From Candidatus Freyarchaeum deiterrae (GTDB taxonomy: Archaea; Asgardarchaeota; Jordiarchaeia; Jordiarchaeales; Jordiarchaeaceae), in NCBI GenBank assembly GCA_037305845.1, contig CP147778.1, forward strand, positions 2,400,001 to 2,464,000: DNA of 64,000 nucleotides, read 5' to 3'. Positions 9,616-19,897 of the stretch are shown in pieces; position 1 is the stretch's first letter, and each line of letters begins with the position of its first letter. The translations under genes and the position numbers were made by a program. A model generated the notes under the pieces. It did not search any database, was not told the origin of the DNA, and worked only from the letters and a program-made list of their open reading frames with translations.

Positions 9616-10680
9616 ATGGAAGATCTTAAACGCCTTCTTAAAAAATTGGTGGAAGCGACAGGCCCTTCGGGCTACGAAGAAAACGTTAGAAATATTGTCG
9701 CAGATGAACTAGGCGATTGTGTTGATGAAATGAGAGTGGATAACCTAGGCAACCTCATATGCACAAAGAGAGGAAATAGAGATTCACCCAAAGCTATGAT
9801 TCTCGCCCACACTGATGAGATAGGAATGCTCGTACGATACATAGAGAAGGAAGGATTCATAAGGTTCTCATACCTCGGCGGCTTCATGGACCAAATGGTT
9901 CTAGGACAGAGAGTATTAATACACACGGAAAAACGCGACATAAAAGGAGTAATAGGATCGATTCCACCGCACCTAACGCCTGAGGAGGAACGTAAAAAAC
10001 CAATAACCCGGGACAAAATGTTCATCGACATCGGAGCTAGTAGTAAAGAGCAAGCGGAGGAGTTAGGAGTAAAAATAGGAGCCCCAATAACTTGGATCGG
10101 CAATTTCGACGAACTGGAAAACAACATAGTCACCGGCAAAGCCTTCGACAACCGAGCTGGCTGTGCTGTCCTAATACAAACTCTGAAAGAGGTGCACCCC
10201 GAATGTACCATAATTGGAGTAGCCTCAGTAATGGAAGAAGTGGGACTAAGGGGAGCCCAGACTTCAAGCTTCGAAGTAAATCCAGACTTCGCGATAGCAC
10301 TCGATGTAACTGCTACATGTGACCATCCTGGTGTGGAAGAAAGGCAAATGCCCGTAAGAATTGGAAAAGGCCCCGGAATAACGGTAGCTGACGGAAGACG
10401 TGAAAGTCTAGGCGGAGGCATAATATCCCATCCCAAAGTGTTAAAACTATTAACAGAAACCGCGGATGAAAACAACATACCATACCAGCTCGAGATATTC
10501 GAGGGCGGTACCACCGACGCCACAGCAGCAGCAACCACCAGAAGTGGAATACCCGCGGCTACAATCAACATACCAACACGGTATATCCACTCCCCGATTG
10601 AAGTGCTAAACCTTGAAGACCTATTAAACACGGTTAAACTCCTAAAACTCTCCCTAGAAAACGCCCACAAATTTTTCTAA
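9616..10680 (+). CDS. M42 family (TET) aminopeptidase
   Basis: GPSGYE, AHTDEIG, KAFDNR, EEVGLRGA, GGTTD, RYIHSP. Confidence 0.95.
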   Translation: MEDLKRLLKKLVEATGPSGYEENVRNIVADELGDCVDEMRVDNLGNLICTKRGNRDSPKAMILAHTDEIGMLVRYIEKEGFIRFSYLGGFMDQMVLGQRVLIHTEKRDIKGVIGSIPPHLTPEEERKKPITRDKMFIDIGASSKEQAEELGVKIGAPITWIGNFDELENNIVTGKAFDNRAGCAVLIQTLKEVHPECTIIGVASVMEEVGLRGAQTSSFEVNPDFAIALDVTATCDHPGVEERQMPVRIGKGPGITVADGRRESLGGGIISHPKVLKLLTETADENNIPYQLEIFEGGTTDATAAATTRSGIPAATINIPTRYIHSPIEVLNLEDLLNTVKLLKLSLENAHKFF

Positions 10681-10746
10681 CAAATATACCTTACTTTTCC
10701 TATGTTTAAGATCCCCCTAGAAGAATCTAAAAAGGTGTGAATTCCT

Positions 10747-11619
10747 TTGATTTTCGAAAAATTGGTAAAAAACGCCAAAAGCTCAAAGTCCACAGTAGCG
10801 ATAGGTTTAGGAGTGGAGGATAAAAATCCCCAGAGAATAATTCAAGCAGCAGAAACTGTGAATCAAAGAGAATTGGCGAAAACGGTAATCGTGGGAAACT
10901 TCGAACAGGCTCAAAAAGATTATTTTAAAAAACAAAAAGTCCAAATCCAAAGCTCGAAAAACCCCGAAGAAACACTCTTAAAAATGATAACATCCAACGA
11001 AGTAGACTCGGTTGTACGAGGCTCCCTACCCGCAAACGACTTTCTGAAACAAGCAAAAACACAATTCAAAGTCGAAAATTTCCGCAGAATCGCTCTACTA
11101 GAATCCGCCAACGGTAACCAATTCTTCTTCGCACCAGTGGGAATAGACGAGGGAAAAACGGTCCAAGAAAAAATCAACTTCGTATCCGAAGGAGTCAACT
11201 TACTACAAAAACTGGGAATCACTTCCAATGTAGCCATACTCTCCGGAGGAAGAGCTGGAGACTTAGGAAGAGACCCGATTGTTGATCAAACAATAAAAGA
11301 TGCTGAGGAAGCGGTTAGAACAATCAGAGAAAAAAACATCACACAAAGCATTCAAAACTACCAGATACTCATAGAAGATGCAGAAAGAAATAAAGCCAAC
11401 CTAATACTGGCACCAGACGGCATCTCTGGAAACCTAATCTACAGAACGCTAGTACACCTAGGCAAGGGGGCCTCCTACGGAGCATTATACACCAACCTCC
11501 CCAAAACAATAATAGACACATCAAGAGTAGCACCAATAAAAGAATACGTGGGTGCAATAATCTTCGCAAGCGCTCTAAAAGAGGCAGCACAAAAAGAAAC
11601 CCAAAAAAAGCAACAATAA
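10747..11619 (+). CDS. mtxX: MtxX / methanogenesis marker protein 4 family (phosphate acyltransferase-like fold)
   Basis: VVRGSL, FFAPVGIDEG, SGGR.GD.GR, APDGISGNLIYRTL, IDTSR. Confidence 0.75.
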   Translation: MIFEKLVKNAKSSKSTVAIGLGVEDKNPQRIIQAAETVNQRELAKTVIVGNFEQAQKDYFKKQKVQIQSSKNPEETLLKMITSNEVDSVVRGSLPANDFLKQAKTQFKVENFRRIALLESANGNQFFFAPVGIDEGKTVQEKINFVSEGVNLLQKLGITSNVAILSGGRAGDLGRDPIVDQTIKDAEEAVRTIREKNITQSIQNYQILIEDAERNKANLILAPDGISGNLIYRTLVHLGKGASYGALYTNLPKTIIDTSRVAPIKEYVGAIIFASALKEAAQKETQKKQQ

Positions 11620-11694
11620 TTGAAACACAAAACAACAGAACGGCCCAATTAAAAGAAGTAACTCAATTGCCCAAAAACGATTAATGCGGTATCC

Positions 11695-12702
11695 TTATTT
11701 AAAATCGACATCGAAAACATCTTTCTTCTTACTAAAAGCTCCACTATATACCAACCTAAAGTAATCCGAAAAAGTCGCCTCAACCTCGGCCAGCTCCGAA
11801 GGCTCAAAACCCAACGCATTTAATTCTTCAATAAACTTCCCCAAATTGTACTTCCCGCTTTGCGGGAAAATCTTCAAAGTATTCCTACCAACCGGTAGAA
11901 CAAACTTTACAGACTTGATTTTTTCTATTTTTTCCTGATTTTCCATCGTCAAATGCTTGAATTTAACCCTGACACACTTACCATCATTGGGCAACTTTTT
12001 GAGAAACTCCTTAGGCTCACCGAAAACAACAACTTTCCCCTTATCCAAAACAACAATCCTATCACTGAAATCAGCCGTCTCCAAATCATGACTAACAATA
12101 CAAATAGTAACTCCCAAACTCTTATTCAAGTTACGAAGATAATTCAAAACCTCAATGCGAAGATGCGAATCGAGCCCGGTTGTGGGTTCGTCGAGCAGTA
12201 GCACTTTTGGGTTGTTGATGAGGCCGATGCATATTGATACTCGCTTTTTTTCTCCTCCTGAGAGGTCTCTGAATGGTTTTTTCATCATTTCTTTTGTTCC
12301 GAATCCGAGTATCTTCAGTATTTGGGTAGACCTTGCTTTGATTTCCTTGTCTGGTAGGCCGTACATTTTTCCGAAGTAATAAGCGTTGGTGAGGGCTGAG
12401 AATTCAGGGTACGCTGATACCTCCTCTGGTTGGGGGACGTATCCTAAAATTTCGTCTATTTTTTCTTTTTCTTTTACTTTTTCTTTTACTACGTTGTATC
12501 CTGCTAGGTAAACTTCTCCTTCGGTGGGTTTTATTTGAGAGGTTAGGACACGGAGGCAGGTGGACTTCCCAGCTCCACTACCTCCTATGATTGCTAGCAT
12601 CTCTCCCCGTTTAGCGTAGAAGTTTATGTTTTCCAGTATCATTGCCTTGTGTATTTTTACGCTCACGTTTTTCAGCTCTATATCCATCTCGTTATTATTC
12701 AT
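11695..12702 (-). CDS. ABC-2 exporter ATP-binding subunit
   Basis: GGSGAGKS, LSGGE, LLDEPTTGLD, SH switch. Confidence 0.92.
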   Translation of the reverse strand: MNNNEMDIELKNVSVKIHKAMILENINFYAKRGEMLAIIGGSGAGKSTCLRVLTSQIKPTEGEVYLAGYNVVKEKVKEKEKIDEILGYVPQPEEVSAYPEFSALTNAYYFGKMYGLPDKEIKARSTQILKILGFGTKEMMKKPFRDLSGGEKKRVSICIGLINNPKVLLLDEPTTGLDSHLRIEVLNYLRNLNKSLGVTICIVSHDLETADFSDRIVVLDKGKVVVFGEPKEFLKKLPNDGKCVRVKFKHLTMENQEKIEKIKSVKFVLPVGRNTLKIFPQSGKYNLGKFIEELNALGFEPSELAEVEATFSDYFRLVYSGAFSKKKDVFDVDFK

Positions 12703-12742
12703 TGTCGGTCGCCCTTTGTCTTTTTTTTGAGTTTACACTAGA

Positions 12743-13912
12743 CTACACTAAGCCTTTTTTGAAGAAGAACACTATAAACGCTAAAGCGAGGAAGAAGGAT
12801 GTGAATCCCAGCAAGTATAGACATTGTGTTCCTATACTTACTAGGTCTAGTCCGCGGGCTGTTACGCCTGATATGGCTACTCTTGATAGTTGTAGGGGGT
12901 CTAGGTTCTGTATGGCTGTTATTGGTACTGCGAATAGGATTACGATTAGGATTAGGTAGGAGAATATGAAGTACTGGTTTGCTTGGAGTCTGGAATTGCT
13001 TACTACTGATATGAATATGCCAAGTCCTACTCCGAAGAAACAGGTTAGGACAAGTACTGTGAGTAAGTTAGAGATTGTTCCTGCCGGTTGAAACCCGAAT
13101 CCTAGGATTAGTATCCCCAGAACTATTGTAATTTGTATCATGCTAACTAGCATATATGATACGATCTTTGCTATTAGAGCTTCTGATTTCCCTGCTGGCG
13201 TGAGTAGCATTCTTCTGAGAGGTACGTCTCCCACGACGCACTGGCTTGTTAGCACGAGTATTGCTCCAATGAATAGCATAGGTAAAATTAGAGGTATTGT
13301 GATTTGAATGTCACTTACTCCCGCTGTCACGCTTGGCCATATTGCTTGGGTTGATGGAATTACATCATTCTTTGTGAAGTTGTATTCAATTTTCAGTTGC
13401 GCTATCGCGTTTGTGACTCCCGCTATAACAGTACCTTGCCCTGTAATATCGCTTCCATCCAGAGTCAAGTTTACGTATGCTGGGACTAAGCCGCTTCCAG
13501 AGGAGGCTAACTGGTTTGTGAATCCGAAAGGAATCACTACTATCGCGTTTATTTGTTTTTGCCAGAGAAGATACGCTGCTAAATCATAGCTCTGCATGGG
13601 GATAGTTATGCACTGGTTTGCGTGTAGGACCATTTCATTGATTAGAATGTTGGAATAACTTGTGCCGTTAACTGTGGTTGTGTCTTGATTTATCACAGCT
13701 ATTTTGGAGTAGTCACTTGGAGTTATCACTCTTTGTTGAGCCACTCCCATTGCTAACGTGATTATTATTGGGAGTAAGAAAATGACTAAGAGTGCTTGTT
13801 TGTCTTTGAGAAGTGACTCTAATTCTTTTCTAATTAGAGCCCCTATTCTCTTAAAACTGCCAGCAGAGGGAACTAAATTTTTTTTCATCGAACTGAATAT
13901 CCTATCCATCAT
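12743..13912 (-). CDS. ABC-2 type permease with extracellular domain
   Basis: ALIRKEL N-terminus, 1+5 TM layout, IAVINQD / VVIP.GF. Confidence 0.88.
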   Translation of the reverse strand: MMDRIFSSMKKNLVPSAGSFKRIGALIRKELESLLKDKQALLVIFLLPIIITLAMGVAQQRVITPSDYSKIAVINQDTTTVNGTSYSNILINEMVLHANQCITIPMQSYDLAAYLLWQKQINAIVVIPFGFTNQLASSGSGLVPAYVNLTLDGSDITGQGTVIAGVTNAIAQLKIEYNFTKNDVIPSTQAIWPSVTAGVSDIQITIPLILPMLFIGAILVLTSQCVVGDVPLRRMLLTPAGKSEALIAKIVSYMLVSMIQITIVLGILILGFGFQPAGTISNLLTVLVLTCFFGVGLGIFISVVSNSRLQANQYFIFSYLILIVILFAVPITAIQNLDPLQLSRVAISGVTARGLDLVSIGTQCLYLLGFTSFFLALAFIVFFFKKGLV

Positions 13913-13943
13913 TGCAGAAACCTTCTCTTTACAATAAAAAATA

Positions 13944-15566
13944 TTAGGTTATGGCTTCTGAGCTCCCCGTAAGGTAAATGAAGTAGTCGTCCATATCAAC
14001 TTCAACTTTCGGCTCAACTTTTCGGACAGCTATTTTTTTTCCTTCCAACTTTTCGAGTACACTTTTCAGTACTATATTATCTTCCTTATTTGGGAATATT
14101 TTTATTTGCTCTCCTTTTCGAATCACGTAATCGACGCCTTTAATTTTTCTTATCAACTCCACGGCTTCGGGGTGATAATCTTCCAACACCAGTTCTATGG
14201 TGTATCCCTCACCGGGTAAGCGTTTCTTCAATTGCTCCGCGGTTCCGAAATCAACGAAACCCCTGTTTCTAACGAAAATCGCCGCTTTGTCACAATAATC
14301 AATCTCTGCTGGATAGTGCGTTATCACAACCAGTGAAGTTCCATAAAGCTTGTTTATTCGGTCAAGATACTCCCAAAGTTCGTGTCTTCTAACAAGGTCA
14401 AGTCCGGAGCTGGGCTCGTCTAAGAATATTATTTTTGGCAGGTGTACCAAAGCTATGGCGATGCTGACTCTCCTTTTTTCTCCTCCACTAAGATTATCTA
14501 CTTTTTCTCCTCCTTTTTCAAAGATGTGGAGGTCTTTGAGAATTTGTTTTCCTCTGTGTATTAGATCCAGCTCTGGAACATTGTACTGCTTTCCAAAATA
14601 GACTATGTTTTCCATGGGGGTGAAGTCCATGTACATGCGGCTCAAATCTTGGGGTACGTATCCAAAAAGTGGTGCAACATTATCCTTGTCTCTGGCGTCG
14701 AATCCGCATATCTCGATTTCACCACTGTCAGGTTTAATGTCCCCGATTATTGCTTTCATGCAAGTCGACTTTCCGCTTCCCGACTCACCCACAATTCCCA
14801 AGATTTCCCCCTCTTTTATCTCAAAATTAACATCTGAAATAACTGTTCGTTTATTGTAGGAAACAGTTAAACCGTGAACCTTGAGTACCATTCCGTCAGT
14901 GTTTTGGGGTTTGGGTTTCTCCCCGGGCATAAACAGGATTTTTTGAGCCGCCACATCGTTTTGATTTTTGCGTAATTGCCCTAATCCGCCAATTTTTAGG
15001 ATGGTATTTTGTTCTATGGATTTATCGCTGATTGATCCACTTTTTATTCTAACGGCAAAACATCCGCTTGTAATATTATCCTCCACCCCTACCACTTCAC
15101 CATCAGCAATAAAGGGCTCTTCTGTTTTTTCCCAGATACCCTTTATCTTGGCGTTAATTTTGTATCTTTTGAGTTTATCTCTGAGCCAGGACGTAGCGGA
15201 TAAAAAATGGGCTCCATCAAAAAATCTATCCTCAGACAGATTCTTTTCCATAAAGTTTCTCAGAATAAGGTTTTCTGCTTGGATATCCTCCTTAGAAGAG
15301 GACGCGCCAATCGTAACAATTTCCCCCGAGTTAAAATTTTCGTTTCCCCGTTTACCCTCGGTTATACTTATTACGATGACACTTCGCATCGGTGAAGAAT
15401 AAGCCTCCAAGAAATGCCCCTTACTTCTAAAGTCCTCGCCGGTCTCGTGCCATTTACCCTGCACTTCAACTTCTATTATGTTACCTTCCCGCTCTTTGCA
15501 CCATTCGGCAGCTTGGCTCATTCTTTTTCCGCTGAAGTAAGCCTCTTCTACGAAGTCATCTTTCAA
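13944..15566 (-). CDS. ABC ATPase with N-terminal tandem TrmB-C-like subdomains
   Basis: GESGSGKS, LSGGE, FLDEPSSGLD; ~215-aa N-terminal extension made of two similar ~105-aa units. Confidence 0.85.
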   Translation of the reverse strand: MKDDFVEEAYFSGKRMSQAAEWCKEREGNIIEVEVQGKWHETGEDFRSKGHFLEAYSSPMRSVIVISITEGKRGNENFNSGEIVTIGASSSKEDIQAENLILRNFMEKNLSEDRFFDGAHFLSATSWLRDKLKRYKINAKIKGIWEKTEEPFIADGEVVGVEDNITSGCFAVRIKSGSISDKSIEQNTILKIGGLGQLRKNQNDVAAQKILFMPGEKPKPQNTDGMVLKVHGLTVSYNKRTVISDVNFEIKEGEILGIVGESGSGKSTCMKAIIGDIKPDSGEIEICGFDARDKDNVAPLFGYVPQDLSRMYMDFTPMENIVYFGKQYNVPELDLIHRGKQILKDLHIFEKGGEKVDNLSGGEKRRVSIAIALVHLPKIIFLDEPSSGLDLVRRHELWEYLDRINKLYGTSLVVITHYPAEIDYCDKAAIFVRNRGFVDFGTAEQLKKRLPGEGYTIELVLEDYHPEAVELIRKIKGVDYVIRKGEQIKIFPNKEDNIVLKSVLEKLEGKKIAVRKVEPKVEVDMDDYFIYLTGSSEAIT

Positions 15567-15631
15567 AAACCAACACCATTAAGAATGTAATAATAGACAA
15601 ACTAATAAACATATAGTAAAAGTATATACTT

Positions 15632-18600
15632 ATGAAACTCTCGAAAAAAACCATAGCCATTTTGATGATTCTCGCATTCACGGCTACCTTTATTGCAGGT
15701 TTCACCATCCTCCCTCAAAATATCTATCCTGCAAAGTCAATGAACACTGGTGGCCTGGACTCAACCTCAAAAATCGACCCATACCTAGTATCAATGGTAA
15801 ATAGTGGAGGGTTTCCTAATTCTTATTCCACCAAAATGATTATTGTATTCGGGGAAACAAACTTCAGCTCTGGATTGCAGGCACTGAATTCAACGTTTCC
15901 CGATATTGTAGTCGAGAAAGTTTATGATTACATACCCGCAGTAGCTATAGAGTCGCCTCTCAGCAATGTCCAAAAAATTGCTTCTCTCTCTCAAGTAAGT
16001 AAAGTTTGGTACGATTATCCGATTCACCTGGAACCTAAGAGTTTGGTGCAATCTGGTGTGTCCAGCAAGGAAGTAGCTTACGACCCGACGATCGAAAATC
16101 TGTGGAGTATGAATCTTACCGGAAGCGGCGTTATTGTAGCACTTCTAGATAGCGGAATAGATGCAAGCCACCCAGACTTGAACAATCTTGGTAACAATAG
16201 CAATACAACCAAAGTTGTAGAAAGCGTTTCTATGGTAGAATACGACCCATTTACCTATGATTTAAACGGACACGGAACATATGTGGCCGGTATAATAGCT
16301 GGAACCGGAAACGCTTCGAATGGAACTTATAAGGGAATCGCGCCTCAAGCGCAACTTTTTAATGTGAAGGTTTTCGATTCGGAAGGATTAAGCTTCTTTT
16401 CCTGGATACTCTCGGGGGTAGAGTGGAGCGTTAGCCACGGGGCAGACATAATCGTTGTACCATTCGCTGGGCCAGGTTACCCAGACGACCCTCTATGCAC
16501 CGAGATAGATAAAGCCGTTGAATCCGGGGTGACAGTAATAGCAGCGGCAGGCGACGATGGTCCCGCTTACACCAGCGTGGGTTCACCGGGAATGGCGCTA
16601 AGTGCTATAACCGTAGGAAACTACAACAAATCCTCAGGACTTGTATGCTCTAATAGTAGTCGAGGACCCAGTTTATACATGTGGATGGATCCCGATATAG
16701 TCGCTCCGGGTTACAATATTACCTCATGCAGAGCTTCGCTGCCAAATCTGGGGGTGAACATAAGCCTACCCTCTCTTCCTGCAGGTGGGTACGGCAACCC
16801 CCTTGATGGAAATTACACCACTGCGACCGGTACTCTTGCGGCGGCAGGTTATGTGGCGGGAACTGCGGCTCTTCTTCTTCAGGCTTTTCCCTTCGTGACT
16901 CCAGAGACGTTAAAAGTGGCTATGATGAAAACCGCCATAGATCTGGGTGAAGATTCTAACACTCAAGGTGCGGGTCTTCTGGATGGTAATGCGACCTACA
17001 ACTATTTGAGAGGTCTTGAAGGCCCTATAGGAAACATTTCCAGAGCATCTACCCCCGCTTTACCTTATACCGGGTTCTTCTTTACGAATGATGCAACTTC
17101 TCAACTGTCAACTTACTGTATAGTTGGAACTTATGGAACTTTTGTGGGCATGCAGACCCAAAATGCCACATCCGGTCTTAACAATACTCATTTACTGCAG
17201 GGGCGATTCGGCGTAAAATACAATGGGCTCGATAACGTTACTCTGTTTTTGCTTACAACACTATATCGAGAAATGCACTCAACAACGATACTCGGTGGAG
17301 ATTATCAAAGGGCGCTAACCGTGCTGGGCAATGGAAATATTCTCATAGTCATAGCCGTAGATTGCTGGAACAACACTAACGCAACTGGAGCATTCAGAAT
17401 AACAATAAACCTAATAAATATCGGGAGCACCGCTCTCAATAATGTATCCCTATTAACTTGCTGGAACATTGACCTTTTCCTAAACGAATCAAACCATATA
17501 AGTGATAACCACGCACAATACAATTCTACAGACGATCTGATTTATGCTAACGATAGTAACTACGATTATCCCACAGAGCAAATATTTGTGGGATTCAAGG
17601 GCAACATCTCCACAGCTCACGAGGTGGGTGATAACAACACTGTTTTCGAAGACTTTCTAAATGATCAACTAAACAACACCTCTAATTACAATGGCAGCAT
17701 TGGTCTCGCAATGAAATGGAATCTAACAGGACAATTGGATCCCGGGAGCAATGTTGGTTTTGTGGGTGCTCTCGGAGTTGGCGGAGATTACGGCCAGATG
17801 CTGGATGCTGCCAACAATATATTGGCGGCGGGGGTGCAAAACTCTACAGATCTGTGTGTTGTTAATGCCTCTATTGAGCGTACGGGTAAAGTCCATACAC
17901 CCTTTCCCTCAGAAAGCCTCATTCTAAACATTGGAAATACGGTGACGAATGCTTCAGTTTTCTTTTTTTCAAATAAATCGACAGATGAAAGCAGCATTTT
18001 CTATACAGAAATATTCCAGTATCAGAACCTTCAACCATTCGCATTTAGAGAAATATCAACGAGTTGGGAACCCACAAACAGCACAGTGTACACCGTGGGT
18101 TGGGTTGTAGCCGAGCTTTCAAACTTTTTGACACCGGGACAACTACTCTCAGGCAACCTCTCATTCAATTTGAGCGAAACCTATCTATTGGATAATTTCA
18201 TAATTAGGGACGTTTTCATCGGCACATCTCCCAACTGTAGTATCCTCTTCCCAACCCTTATTCCCAATAAACCCTTCGAACTCAATTTCCCCCTAGATTT
18301 TGCATACACCAATCTGACAGTAGTGAGTACCTACAATCTGGAAAATGTTCAAGTAGCATACTCTGGTAATGCAACCCAACTTTTCAATGGAACTCCCACA
18401 GTTTTAATTAGAGGCGACTACGCGAACATCCTGATAACTCTTAACGCCACGTATTTCCCACATCCGGGCTACTACAACGGCATAATTAACATTACCGCTA
18501 ATGGAGCACTCATAGGAAGTGTGAATATCAGTTTTAATCTAAGATATCCCGAAGGTAGATTATTCTTTGACAGTATTCATAATGAAATAAGTTTAACCAG

Positions 18601-19864
18601 TTGGAATAGACGACTCTACAGCGTCTACAGTGGCTACTTCCAATTCTCCGAAGAAATCTTTAACCAAGGACACGACATAGACGAAATTCCCTTCCTCACC
18701 GAATACAACAGCACACTCCTCTCATTATACGACGGAATAATAATATTCGACCCATTAAAAGGCTTCACCCCCCAAGAAAACGCCACTCTCCACAGCCTCC
18801 TTAACAACGGGACAGGCATTCTTATTTGTGTAGATCCAGAAAACAATTGTAATTGGACCGCGGTGAACATGATAACACAACCCTACGGAATTACTGTCGT
18901 TGCCAACCAAACGGAACCAATAACAATCACCTCGGCTAATATGTCTCAATCACACCCTGTTACCAGTAACCTTAGCAGTATAGTAATGGACTCCGCAGCA
19001 ATTCTAGATGTTAATACAAGTCTGGGAGCGGAAGCGCTTGCCAATACTACTAATGGAACCGTAATAGCCGCTGCGAATGTGGGTTATGGAAAACTTCTGG
19101 TTATAGGCGACTCCGCAATTTTTGACAGCCGCCACTTAAACCTTTCAGACAACTCTCTCCTTGCGTCTAACGCTATTAACTGGCTACTATCAAACAGAAT
19201 GATACTCAATGTGGAGTTATCATTGCCCAATCCTGACGGCAAACTCTATATCGGAGACAATTTTTATGCTTCAATACATGTCACCGACAGGTACGGGCAG
19301 GATGTTTCAAGTAATATAACCATGTATACAATTTTCGTTTTACCCAACGGAACCATTTTTCCGATGTTTGCATTTCACTACCAAGGAGGATGGTATACCA
19401 CCTTCTTCTTCACATACTTTACAAATGTAACTGGGAACTACAGCATGGTCATCTACGCACATGCTAACAACTATACCACCACACACTACGTTTACAATTT
19501 CGAAGTGCAACCCGCCCGGCTGGCTTTAGCTCCGCTCTTTTATTTCCCTCAAGCATCCAGGGACTATGCGATTTTCGGATTTACCTTCTTAGGAGTAATA
19601 GTCTCGATATTCACCTCAGCCTACCTATTAGAAAGGAGGCGGCTCCGCAAGAAAACACTAATACCTGAACTCAATAGAGAACTTAGAAACACCCTAAGAA
19701 ACTCCGTGAATGAGGTAAGAGCGGTTAACAAGGAAATCGACCGAGAATTATCCAAAAAAGACATAGACGACTTCGATAGAATCAGAATAATACACGAAAA
19801 ACTCGGAAAACTCAGAAGGGCACTCGACAAAGCCAAAAACGTAGCAGAACACGTAGGTGAGTAA
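15632..19864 (+). CDS. Membrane-anchored subtilase (S8)-like glycoprotein with GIFT/GldG-like domain; catalytic Ser absent
   Basis: Signal peptide, LLDSG, HGT.VAG, AAAGD, GTLAAAGYVAG; RLFFDSIHN...GKLLVIGDS..F...DN..LA.N..NWL; C-terminal TM and coiled tail; many NxS/T sequons. Confidence 0.85.
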   Translation: MKLSKKTIAILMILAFTATFIAGFTILPQNIYPAKSMNTGGLDSTSKIDPYLVSMVNSGGFPNSYSTKMIIVFGETNFSSGLQALNSTFPDIVVEKVYDYIPAVAIESPLSNVQKIASLSQVSKVWYDYPIHLEPKSLVQSGVSSKEVAYDPTIENLWSMNLTGSGVIVALLDSGIDASHPDLNNLGNNSNTTKVVESVSMVEYDPFTYDLNGHGTYVAGIIAGTGNASNGTYKGIAPQAQLFNVKVFDSEGLSFFSWILSGVEWSVSHGADIIVVPFAGPGYPDDPLCTEIDKAVESGVTVIAAAGDDGPAYTSVGSPGMALSAITVGNYNKSSGLVCSNSSRGPSLYMWMDPDIVAPGYNITSCRASLPNLGVNISLPSLPAGGYGNPLDGNYTTATGTLAAAGYVAGTAALLLQAFPFVTPETLKVAMMKTAIDLGEDSNTQGAGLLDGNATYNYLRGLEGPIGNISRASTPALPYTGFFFTNDATSQLSTYCIVGTYGTFVGMQTQNATSGLNNTHLLQGRFGVKYNGLDNVTLFLLTTLYREMHSTTILGGDYQRALTVLGNGNILIVIAVDCWNNTNATGAFRITINLINIGSTALNNVSLLTCWNIDLFLNESNHISDNHAQYNSTDDLIYANDSNYDYPTEQIFVGFKGNISTAHEVGDNNTVFEDFLNDQLNNTSNYNGSIGLAMKWNLTGQLDPGSNVGFVGALGVGGDYGQMLDAANNILAAGVQNSTDLCVVNASIERTGKVHTPFPSESLILNIGNTVTNASVFFFSNKSTDESSIFYTEIFQYQNLQPFAFREISTSWEPTNSTVYTVGWVVAELSNFLTPGQLLSGNLSFNLSETYLLDNFIIRDVFIGTSPNCSILFPTLIPNKPFELNFPLDFAYTNLTVVSTYNLENVQVAYSGNATQLFNGTPTVLIRGDYANILITLNATYFPHPGYYNGIINITANGALIGSVNISFNLRYPEGRLFFDSIHNEISLTSWNRRLYSVYSGYFQFSEEIFNQGHDIDEIPFLTEYNSTLLSLYDGIIIFDPLKGFTPQENATLHSLLNNGTGILICVDPENNCNWTAVNMITQPYGITVVANQTEPITITSANMSQSHPVTSNLSSIVMDSAAILDVNTSLGAEALANTTNGTVIAAANVGYGKLLVIGDSAIFDSRHLNLSDNSLLASNAINWLLSNRMILNVELSLPNPDGKLYIGDNFYASIHVTDRYGQDVSSNITMYTIFVLPNGTIFPMFAFHYQGGWYTTFFFTYFTNVTGNYSMVIYAHANNYTTTHYVYNFEVQPARLALAPLFYFPQASRDYAIFGFTFLGVIVSIFTSAYLLERRRLRKKTLIPELNRELRNTLRNSVNEVRAVNKEIDRELSKKDIDDFDRIRIIHEKLGKLRRALDKAKNVAEHVGE

Positions 19865-19897
19865 ACCAACCTCAGTTCTCGCAGAGGGCTTCCCAGC

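Noticed and set aside
9672-10670. Long antisense or overlapping ORFs (also 49753-50769, 52107-53222 and many shorter ones)
   Set aside because: Shadows of well-supported genes, explained by codon bias or repeats; no motifs
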